Of a DNA stretch of 64,000 nt, positions 57,058 to 64,000 are shown one piece after another (within the stretch, counting starts at the first letter, position 1; each line of letters starts with the position of its first letter). The stretch is from the NCBI GenBank assembly GCA_028697455.1, contig JAQVEZ010000001.1, positions 67,902 through 131,901 of the forward strand, written 5' to 3'. Both the position numbers and the translations under genes were made by a program. Source of the stretch: Minisyncoccota bacterium (GTDB taxonomy: Bacteria; Patescibacteriota; Minisyncoccia; Phycocordibacterales; UBA1006). Below the pieces are notes generated by a model. That model was given only the letters and a program-made list of their open reading frames with translations. It made no database searches and was not told the origin of the DNA.

Positions 57058-57906
57058 CTACAGAGAAACAAATTCTGGATGGATAAGTTCATGGACTTCT
57101 TTCACAAGTTTCTTTGCTGTTCTCTCAGAAACTCCATAATCTTTTTCAAAATCTTTTGCTTCAAGATAATAAAGGTCTTGCACAAGAACCACATCATTGA
57201 GTGCGAGTTTTTTAAGTAATGATTGTGTCATTGAAGGAACAACGGTAACAGGATAAAGCTTTTTTTCGCGAACTATTTTTTTGAGATTAATAAATTTAGG
57301 ATAATCCCACCCCATCAACTGTAGGTCTCGGTGCTCTATATAATTGAGCGAGTTCTGAGTGAACTGAGTGTTCGTAACCATCCACATATAATACTCCCGA
57401 GTATCCCCATTGAGCTGAGCTTTTTTTCGAATATCAACAAGGCGAGCATCAGCATACATAACCTTATCGATATGTGTTTTTGTACGAAAATCATTTTTGT
57501 ATTTTGCTTCAACAAGGAAGACAACATTCCCTTTTTGAGCCATAACATCAATTTCATGTTCAACAGCCTCCCCATGGAGATACACATTTTTTTGAGAAAA
57601 ATATCCCATCTTTCTAAAAAGCTCAGAAACAAAGTGCTCGAAAAGAAATCCTGAAGGCCCCAAGGAACTTAGACCTCTCTCAAGAGAGTATAAGGCTGCA
57701 AGTTCAGGATCAATAGGTTTTAAGTATTTTCGTGTAATATTAAAAATCTTCTCAGTTGATGTTCCTGAGCTTATTTTTTCTGAGACGATATCACAAACCT
57801 GTGTTGCGAGTGATGTTGGGGCTCCAGCAGCGACAATAGAGTTACAAAGCTTTTCTGCAGAAAAAGGTTCTTGTGATCCATTTTTTTTAATGATTTTTTT
57901 ACTCAT
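57058..57906 (-). CDS. ATP-cone domain fused to a restriction-endonuclease-like PD-(D/E)xK nuclease domain
   Basis: An N-terminal ATP-cone (KIIKKNGSQEPFSAEKLCNSIVAAGA...). An Mrr_cat-like block (FLFEHFVSELFRKMGYF...HEIDVMAQKGNVVFLVEAKYK) with the D...EAK catalytic pattern. Confidence 0.7.
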   Translation of the reverse strand: MSKKIIKKNGSQEPFSAEKLCNSIVAAGAPTSLATQVCDIVSEKISSGTSTEKIFNITRKYLKPIDPELAALYSLERGLSSLGPSGFLFEHFVSELFRKMGYFSQKNVYLHGEAVEHEIDVMAQKGNVVFLVEAKYKNDFRTKTHIDKVMYADARLVDIRKKAQLNGDTREYYMWMVTNTQFTQNSLNYIEHRDLQLMGWDYPKFINLKKIVREKKLYPVTVVPSMTQSLLKKLALNDVVLVQDLYYLEAKDFEKDYGVSERTAKKLVKEVHELIHPEFVSL

Positions 57907-57971
57907 GATGATAAAAATAGCTTATGCTTCTATTCTATCAAAAAAAATCAATTTCTGATATACTAGCCAGC

Positions 57972-58697
57972 ATGTCTGATAAAAATGAAAAAAAAGAATC
58001 TCTAGAAGAAATCATAGATTCGTGTGTTAATAATAGCTCAAACGCCCTTGAATCAAGACTCTGTATTATCAACAAAGAACTTAAAAGAGGGTTTGATTTA
58101 CTCAGCAAGCATCCCAAGTCAGTAACCTTCTTTGGCTCAGCTCGATTAGCTCCAGAAACTGATCCATATAAAAAAGCAAAGAGTCTCTCTGAAAAAATTG
58201 CAAACGAGGGGTACTCTGTTATCACCGGAGGAGGGTTCGGCATTATGGCTGCGGCAAGCGAAGGTGCACATCAATCAAGCAAGGGAACATCAGTAGGAAT
58301 CAATATCCAGCTTCCCTTCGAACAAACTATCAACCCCTTTCTTGATGAATCAATGGAATTCCATCATTTCTTCTCGCGAAAACTTATCCTCTCATACTCT
58401 GCCGAAACTTATATTTTCTTCCCTGGAGGCTTTGGAACCCTTGATGAACTTTTTGAAATTCTTACTCTCAAACAAACAGGTAAAATGCCCAATGTTCCTA
58501 TTATCCTCTTTGGAAAAGAATTTTGGTCACCTCTTGAAGATTTCTTTAAAAAAGTTTTGCTCAAGAATGGTCAAAAGGTTATCTCTGACGAAGATGTTGA
58601 TATCTATACGATAACCGATTCAGAAGAAGAGGTTCTCGAAATTGTCAAAAGCGCTCCTATACGAACCGAAGTTTCTACAACCATGGGACTTGGTTAA
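57972..58697 (+). CDS. LOG family protein (cytokinin riboside 5'-monophosphate phosphoribohydrolase-like / TIGR00730)
   Basis: VTFFGSARLAP...VITGGGFGIMAAASEGA...FPGGFGTLDELFEILTLKQTGK, the PGGxGTxxE motif. Confidence 0.85.
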   Translation: MSDKNEKKESLEEIIDSCVNNSSNALESRLCIINKELKRGFDLLSKHPKSVTFFGSARLAPETDPYKKAKSLSEKIANEGYSVITGGGFGIMAAASEGAHQSSKGTSVGINIQLPFEQTINPFLDESMEFHHFFSRKLILSYSAETYIFFPGGFGTLDELFEILTLKQTGKMPNVPIILFGKEFWSPLEDFFKKVLLKNGQKVISDEDVDIYTITDSEEEVLEIVKSAPIRTEVSTTMGLG

Positions 58698-58717
58698 TAA
58701 AAAACAAGTAAGATTTC

Positions 58718-59149
58718 TTACTTGTTTTTTAGCACATCTCTAATCTCAGAAAGAATATCAAGCTCACTTGGTCCCTTAGGTGCTTCTTCTGCTGGAGTTT
58801 CAAAACTTTGTTTGATCCGATTAACTGCTTTTACCACAAGGAAGAGCGCCCACGAGACAATTAAAAATGATATAAAAGCATTAATAAATGATCCATATGC
58901 AAGAACAGCAGCTCCTGCCTCTCGTGCCTTTTCAACCGAAGTAAAGACTTCTCCCGTTCCCTTGAGTATTACAAATAAATTTGAAAAATCAGGAACAGTG
59001 AGAATTCCCGAAACAATCGGCATCATAACATCGTCTACCAATGATTTAACGATAGTACCAAAAGCACCTCCGATAACAATTCCGACTGCCATGTCGATCA
59101 TGTTACCCTTGACGGCAAATTGTTTAAACTCTTGTAAGATATTTTTCAT
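58718..59149 (-). CDS. mscL: large-conductance mechanosensitive channel
   Basis: MKNILQEFKQFAVKGNMIDMAVGIVIGGAFGTIV, the MscL N-terminal signature. Confidence 0.9.
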   Translation of the reverse strand: MKNILQEFKQFAVKGNMIDMAVGIVIGGAFGTIVKSLVDDVMMPIVSGILTVPDFSNLFVILKGTGEVFTSVEKAREAGAAVLAYGSFINAFISFLIVSWALFLVVKAVNRIKQSFETPAEEAPKGPSELDILSEIRDVLKNK

Positions 59150-59266
59150 ACGGTATACATCTAAAACATTATCAATAAATAATTGATATAAGTATAACAA
59201 AAGTGTTCATAAGGAGTACTTGATTTTTGACCAAAAAGTGATATGGTTAAACAAAAATAAAAACGA

Positions 59267-59875
59267 ATGGGAAGACCAAAAATTTTCCTCGACTTTGATG
59301 ATACTCTTTTCGACACCAAAAGAGCAACGCTTTCATATTTTAAAGATAAATACGGAATCGAGCTCGATCCACATCGTTGGTACTGTGGAAACCAATTTTA
59401 CGAAATAATAAACCAACAACTTGAAAAGAAAATCTCAGCCGACGTCTTTTGGAAAGATTTTGCAGATGAATTTCTTGCATCTGTCGAAAGACACAAACAA
59501 GTCGAGGCAATGCCCCAAATGGTTCCTGTCGTAAAGGAACTTGCAGAAAAATATGATCTTTATGTTGTAACTGCGCGACAAGAAGAAGGAAAAAAATCAA
59601 TGTTCTATCTCTTTGAAAGAGATATCAAGGGGTGTATAAATTTTGCTCACTTTGCTTGGGCAAGAAGCCGCAAGGAAAAAGAGTATTTTTCAAAAAAAGA
59701 CTTCATTCAATCACGTTGGGGAGAAAACGTCTGCTATATGGATGACAACCCCAATGAGATAAAAGAGATTGACCCTTTTCTTCCCTCATTTCTTTTTGAC
59801 CCAAAAGGTTTCCATAAGGAAACTCCTTTTAAAAGAATTGAAAGCTGGGAAGAATTTGCTAACAAAATTTTATAA
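59267..59875 (+). CDS. HAD superfamily hydrolase (5'(3')-deoxyribonucleotidase-like)
   Basis: FLDFDDTLFDT is HAD motif I, with an NT5C-like architecture. Confidence 0.55.
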   Translation: MGRPKIFLDFDDTLFDTKRATLSYFKDKYGIELDPHRWYCGNQFYEIINQQLEKKISADVFWKDFADEFLASVERHKQVEAMPQMVPVVKELAEKYDLYVVTARQEEGKKSMFYLFERDIKGCINFAHFAWARSRKEKEYFSKKDFIQSRWGENVCYMDDNPNEIKEIDPFLPSFLFDPKGFHKETPFKRIESWEEFANKIL

Positions 59876-59877
59876 AA

Positions 59878-59905
59878 AAAGCCGTTCGTTTGAACGGCTT
59901 TTCTT
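59878..59905. terminator. rho-independent terminator between convergent genes
   Basis: AGCCGTTC gttt GAACGGCT followed by TTTCTTTTTT. Confidence 0.55.
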
Positions 59906-59922
59906 TTTTAGTTATAAGTTCC

Positions 59923-60570
59923 TCAGAGAAAGAAAGAACCTACTCTCTCACCCAAAAAAGAGAATGCTTTTTTAAGGAGTATTGAAATTCCTAACAAAGC
60001 AAGCCCTGAGGTAAGAAGGGCGAGTGAATACAATAGGCCAAAGAATAATCCTAAGGACATTCCCCAAATGAAAAAATAAAAATTCATATTGAGGAGAAGA
60101 AGGAGCACTGCTTGCAAACTTCCTCTTTTAATTGTTCCTTTATACTCAGGATCGCTTCCAGCAAAAAATATTGCCAGTACCTCAAGCAAAATGACCAACT
60201 GAAGGAATAAAAAGAACACTCCATCTCCCGTTATTTTATACAAGATAACAACAGCGAGAAAACTTGCTCCCACAATAACAGGGTAGAGGAAGAAATGACC
60301 CATCAAGGTTACTTTCTTGATATTCTTTTTTCTCACTTTTCTTAAGATCTTAAAGATCAAAAGAAAGATCGAGAAAGAAAGAACGGGGACAAAAGAGTCA
60401 AGAATGGAAAATTGAAAATATCCAAAACTCACAAGCCCTTGGATATCCAAGGTTTTTTTCACGGGAGAAAAAAGCTCGAGATCCTTGCCTCTTTTCGTTA
60501 AGAAAAGAACCAAAGACACAAGGAGAGAGATTCCCCACACAAACCAAAAAAGAGATCTAAGTTTCTTCAT
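59923..60570 (-). CDS. hypothetical polytopic membrane protein
   Basis: Six or more predicted TM helices with no recognisable domain. Confidence 0.45.
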   Translation of the reverse strand: MKKLRSLFWFVWGISLLVSLVLFLTKRGKDLELFSPVKKTLDIQGLVSFGYFQFSILDSFVPVLSFSIFLLIFKILRKVRKKNIKKVTLMGHFFLYPVIVGASFLAVVILYKITGDGVFFLFLQLVILLEVLAIFFAGSDPEYKGTIKRGSLQAVLLLLLNMNFYFFIWGMSLGLFFGLLYSLALLTSGLALLGISILLKKAFSFLGERVGSFFL

Positions 60571-60875
60571 TTTTTAATAATTATTTAACTAAATTATATT
60601 AATAAATAATTTATTGTCAATATCATAAAGAACTAAAAAAGAACCCTTTCGGATTCTTTTTTCAGTATTTTTTACTTAAAGATTTTTTCTTTTAAATCTT
60701 CATATGAGGATATCATGTCGTATTTGATATCACCTGTATTAAGTGACTCAAATTTATTATTAAAAATCGTGATCATATTATGTTTTTTTACTAATTTTGA
60801 TAAACGTTTTCACAATATATGTAAATTGTACCAAAAAAGACAAAAAATAGAATTTTAAATTTATTTTTAAAACCT

Positions 60876-61020
60876 AAAAACACCCAATACTTCGTATTGG
60901 GTGTTTAAGGTCATATGACCCTCATGGGTCTCGTTTCGTACTCTGCACTCACTACGACCTCATTCGCTCGACCCCGCCGTCGCCTACGGACTTCGTCCGG
61001 CTTCGCAGGCGACTTTTTTC
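60876..61020 (+). repeat. copy B of the two-copy GC-rich structured element, with 3' terminator hairpin GTCGCCT...AGGCGAC plus T6
   Basis: Same architecture as copy A: a 5' hairpin ACACCCAAUA/UAUUGGGUGU, the 45/48-identical core, a GC-rich hairpin, and a U-tract. Convergent with tRNA-Gln. Confidence 0.45.
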
Positions 61021-61088
61021 GAATCCTTTCTGATCAGGTAAAGCAAAAAGCATCTCCATACTTTTGTATGAAGATGCTCTGCTTTATG

Positions 61089-61159
61089 CTGCCAGACTAG
61101 GATTCGAACCTAGATAGTCGGCGCCAGAAGCCGAAGTCCTACCATTAGACGATCTGGCA
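61089..61159 (-). tRNA. tRNA-Gln(CTG)
   Basis: U1:A72 acceptor UGCCAGA/UCUGGCA, anticodon loop UUCUGGC, T-loop UUCGAAU, discriminator G. Confidence 0.85.
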
Positions 61160-61174
61160 ATACAAAAACGTGTA

Positions 61175-62098
61175 TTACACGTTTAGATATTTTCTTGTTG
61201 CAAAGTGTGAGGATATTACTCCTATAATAATTCCTACCACAATTGTCAAAACAAAGAAAGAAAAAATATTCGTCATAAAGTATCCAAAGAGGTTCATCCC
61301 CCCAAAGAAGGTCTCAGTATATGCTCCCAAACGTTGAGTTACAAAGAAGAGAATAATCATCGTCAGAACAGCTGAAATTGCACCGTAGAGAGCTCCTGCC
61401 ATAATAAAGGGTCCTCGAATATATCGTGGCTCAGCACCAACAAGACGCTTGATGATAATCTCCTTCTTTGATGAGTAGATAGCGATTCGAATGGTGCTCA
61501 TAATGACAAGGAGAGCAATCACCCCAAAGAAGACAATAATAAAGGATCCTACATTGTGAGCAGTATGACTAAACTGATTAAGCCTATCAATAATCGTTTT
61601 GTTGTCGTAATAGTTAATCCTTTCTACAAAGCTTGTATTTGACACTGCTGGGTCAGCCTCGATGGTTTCAACGATACTTTCGTACCTTGTTGAGTCATAA
61701 GCTCGTATATTAAGGGCTGCTCCAAGAGGATTTGTTCCAAGCTCTTCAAGTGATTGTATAATAAGAGGATCTCCCTCATGTCGGTTCTTGAAATTAGCAT
61801 ATGCTTCTTCTCGTGAGATATACTGTACTTCTCGTATTTCTGAGGTTTTTTCAAGTCGATCAGCAAGAGCAATAATATCTTCTTCAGGAACTTCTGGATA
61901 AAAATATACATTGACATCGACTCTGTCTTCAAGTTGTTTTAAAGAAAAATCCAAAACACCATTGAGAAATACCAATGAACTCAAAACAATCAAGGTCATT
62001 GTCATCACCACAACCGTAGAAATAGAGACAACCTTATTTCGCCAAAAGGCAACAAACCCTTCTCGTGTTATTCTTTTGAAATCTAATTTTAATGACAT
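61175..62098 (-). CDS. ftsX: cell division ABC transporter permease FtsX
   Basis: Four-TM FtsX topology with a large periplasmic loop, lying directly downstream of ftsE. The start is set at MSLKLDF. Confidence 0.8.
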   Translation of the reverse strand: MSLKLDFKRITREGFVAFWRNKVVSISTVVVMTMTLIVLSSLVFLNGVLDFSLKQLEDRVDVNVYFYPEVPEEDIIALADRLEKTSEIREVQYISREEAYANFKNRHEGDPLIIQSLEELGTNPLGAALNIRAYDSTRYESIVETIEADPAVSNTSFVERINYYDNKTIIDRLNQFSHTAHNVGSFIIVFFGVIALLVIMSTIRIAIYSSKKEIIIKRLVGAEPRYIRGPFIMAGALYGAISAVLTMIILFFVTQRLGAYTETFFGGMNLFGYFMTNIFSFFVLTIVVGIIIGVISSHFATRKYLNV

Positions 62099-62102
62099 AT
62101 CT

Positions 62103-62792
62103 TTATTCTTTAGTATGGTAAGTTCCCTTCTCTTGATCTCGAGTGATTCGACCTTCTTCAAGTTTAACGACTCTCTTCTTGAGTGCGTCAACGATATCTT
62201 TGTCGTGAGTTGCCATGATAACCGTTGTTCCTAGTTCGTTGATTTTCTTGAGAATGCTAAGAACTTCTTTTGAACCTTCTGGATCAAGCGATCCTGTTGG
62301 TTCATCGGCAATGAGAATATCTGGCTGATTAATGATAGCTCGCGCAATAGTAAGTCGTTGTTGTTCCCCTCCTGAGAGTTGATGTGGAAAATGAAACATT
62401 TTTTGAGAAAGCCCAACAAGCTCAAGCGCATAAGGAACGTCTTCATGAATATCTTTATCACTTTTTCCTACCATTTCCATGGCAAAAGCCACGTTCTCAA
62501 AAACTGTTTTGTTTTCGAGGAGTTTATAATCCTGGAAAATAACCCCTATTTTTTGTCGATATTTGGGGATATCATGCTTTTTGAGGTTATGAATATTTAC
62601 TTCATTAAAGTAAACAGTCCCAGAACTTGGTTTTTCTTCGGCTAAAAGGAGTCGGATGAGAGTTGTCTTCCCCGCTCCCGATGGCCCGATGAGAGTAACG
62701 AACTCTCCTTTGTTAATTTTTAAATCAATGTCATACACAGAAACATTTTTCTCTTGGTATGTCTTTGAAACTTTATCGAATATTATCATCAC
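62103..62792 (-). CDS. ftsE: cell division ABC transporter ATPase FtsE
   Basis: GPSGAGKTT (Walker A), LSGGEQQR (signature), ILIADEPTGSLD (Walker B). Confidence 0.9.
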   Translation of the reverse strand: MMIIFDKVSKTYQEKNVSVYDIDLKINKGEFVTLIGPSGAGKTTLIRLLLAEEKPSSGTVYFNEVNIHNLKKHDIPKYRQKIGVIFQDYKLLENKTVFENVAFAMEMVGKSDKDIHEDVPYALELVGLSQKMFHFPHQLSGGEQQRLTIARAIINQPDILIADEPTGSLDPEGSKEVLSILKKINELGTTVIMATHDKDIVDALKKRVVKLEEGRITRDQEKGTYHTKE

Positions 62793-62831
62793 AAGTGTTA
62801 TTTTATCACAAAGAACAAAGAGGCCAAATTT

Positions 62832-63701
62832 TTAAGACTCTTTTATAAAAATATCAATATCACCAGCAAGGACACCCTTAACATCATCGGTTTCAATTTC
62901 TTTCTGGTGGTCTTTTACTTTTTGATAAGGGTCGAGAATATATGATCTCATTTGATTTCCCCACTCAATAGAGACTTTGTCAGAAAGAGTCATCCCTTTT
63001 GATTTTTTCTCTTCGTCTTCAAGAAATTTCTTATAAAGTTTTGCCCTCATGATTTCAAGAGCTCGGTCTCGATTTCTTTCTTGAGTTCTTCCTTCGGAGA
63101 TAAAAACTGAAAAACCTGTTTTAGGATGAACAACTCTCACCGCCGTCTCTCTTTTGTTAACGTTTTGTCCCCCAGCACCTCCAGAACGAGCAAAGCTTAT
63201 TTCAAGTTCTGATTCATCAAGAGAAAAATCGTTCTTTTCAAGCTCTGGTAATACTTCTACCAAGGCGAAACTCGTTTGCCTTTTTCCTTGTTTATTAAAA
63301 GGTGATTTTCGCACAAGGCGATGTACCCCTGATTCTCCCTTGAGGTTTTTATACACATTTTTTCCTGAAACAAAAAAAGAACAACTTCTCATTCCCCTAA
63401 GATCATTATGTGAGATATCAAGAATCTGGAGATCCCATCCTCTTTTTTGGATAAAGGCTTGATACATCTCAAAAAGCATTCGAACAAAATCCTCAGCGTC
63501 ATCTCCTCCTGCTCCTGCAAAAATCGAAATACTTGTATTTCCAGAATCATACTTATTTTTTCCGAGAAGTTGTTTCTTTAGTTCTGCTATTTCTGAAATA
63601 ATTAATTGAGCTCTTGTTTTGTCGTTCCAAAAAGACGGGGAAAGCATCTCTTTTTCATATTCTTCTATTTTGAGCTGTATTTCTTTTAGAGAGTCTTCCA
63701 T
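62832..63701 (-). CDS. prfB: peptide chain release factor 2, compact, encoded without a programmed +1 frameshift
   Basis: SPF tripeptide (RKSPFNKQG), GGQ motif (SGGAGGQNVNK). The protein is 289 aa, and no CTT TGA C site or upstream frame-0 exon is present. Confidence 0.85.
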   Translation of the reverse strand: MEDSLKEIQLKIEEYEKEMLSPSFWNDKTRAQLIISEIAELKKQLLGKNKYDSGNTSISIFAGAGGDDAEDFVRMLFEMYQAFIQKRGWDLQILDISHNDLRGMRSCSFFVSGKNVYKNLKGESGVHRLVRKSPFNKQGKRQTSFALVEVLPELEKNDFSLDESELEISFARSGGAGGQNVNKRETAVRVVHPKTGFSVFISEGRTQERNRDRALEIMRAKLYKKFLEDEEKKSKGMTLSDKVSIEWGNQMRSYILDPYQKVKDHQKEIETDDVKGVLAGDIDIFIKES

Positions 63702-63797
63702 AGATGTTCAATGTACCAAAGAAGCTAAAAAAATTCAACGAAAGTATGCTATACTAGCACTTGTCGGATTTATAAAAGACAAAAATAATATTAATTA

Positions 63798-64000
63798 TGA
63801 CATTACAAAATAAAATTAACCTTTCTTTAGGGATTTCAGCAATTGCACTGATAGTAGCTATTCTCTCTCTTTTTTTGGGAGGAAAAGCCCCTTCTCAAGC
63901 GGCAGGAACTCCAGCTGAATTTCTTAAAAATGTTGCGAAAGAGGCAGGTTTAAAATCAAAAGCTTTTGATCAATGTTTAGAAAGTTCTGAAACAAGAGAT
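63798..64000 (+). CDS. DsbA-like thiol-disulfide oxidoreductase, N-terminal portion; 3' end lies outside the window
   Basis: MTLQNKINLSLGISAIALIVAILSLFLGG (signal anchor) ... AEFLKNVAKEAGLKSKAFDQCLESSETRD. The ORF is open to the window edge. Confidence 0.4.

Noticed and set aside
63700-63830. Search for the canonical RF2 +1 frameshift cassette (upstream frame-0 exon ending CTT TGA C).
   Set aside because: The only in-frame TGA upstream is 3 codons before the ATG and is preceded by another TGA 9 codons earlier. No shifty CUU codon or SD-like stimulator is present. RF2 here is encoded in a single frame.

Overview
This is a low-GC window, about 35% GC, densely packed with short-protein housekeeping genes in a compact genome. 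It reads like a Candidate Phyla Radiation (CPR) bacterium (Parcubacteria-like), using the standard genetic code. RF2 is present and genes end at UGA, so UGA is a stop codon. The core content is a long co-directional minus-strand block running rlmB-trpS ... mrr-aspS ... scpA-scpB-mraY-ftsW-murG-gltX, a complete F1Fo ATP synthase operon atpBEFHAGDC, lepA, murJ and an ABC exporter, leuS, a short Rel, parB, lysS-greA-PBP2, ftsEX-prfB, and a partial murE at the left edge. There are eight tRNA genes: Ala-TGC, Leu-GAG, Ile-GAT, Phe-GAA, Arg-CCT, Leu-CAA, Gln-CTG, plus one more fragment, and many rho-independent terminator hairpins. Seven things stand out. First, a T-box leader with the canonical AGGGUGGCACCGCGG motif, apparently Asp-specific, sits directly upstream of a clear Mrr type IV restriction endonuclease gene that is itself placed immediately before aspS. 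Second, upstream of that lies a tandem pair of paralogous unknown proteins with C-terminal UVR-like motifs and a small acidic protein. Third, a GC-rich structured element of about 150 nt occurs in two inverted copies (52.1 kb and 60.9 kb), each next to a tRNA gene. The copies show stem-compatible substitutions, and one copy is associated with an exact 19-nt duplication of the tRNA-Leu 3' end. Fourth, there is an ATP-cone domain fused to a PD-(D/E)xK nuclease. Fifth, there are two possible micro-genes with their own terminators: an 18-aa Gly/Cys peptide and a 43-aa Trp-repeat peptide. Sixth, there is an RF2 with no programmed frameshift site. Seventh, there is a compact UvrC with no HhH2 domain. 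No CRISPR array, transposase or integrase was seen.
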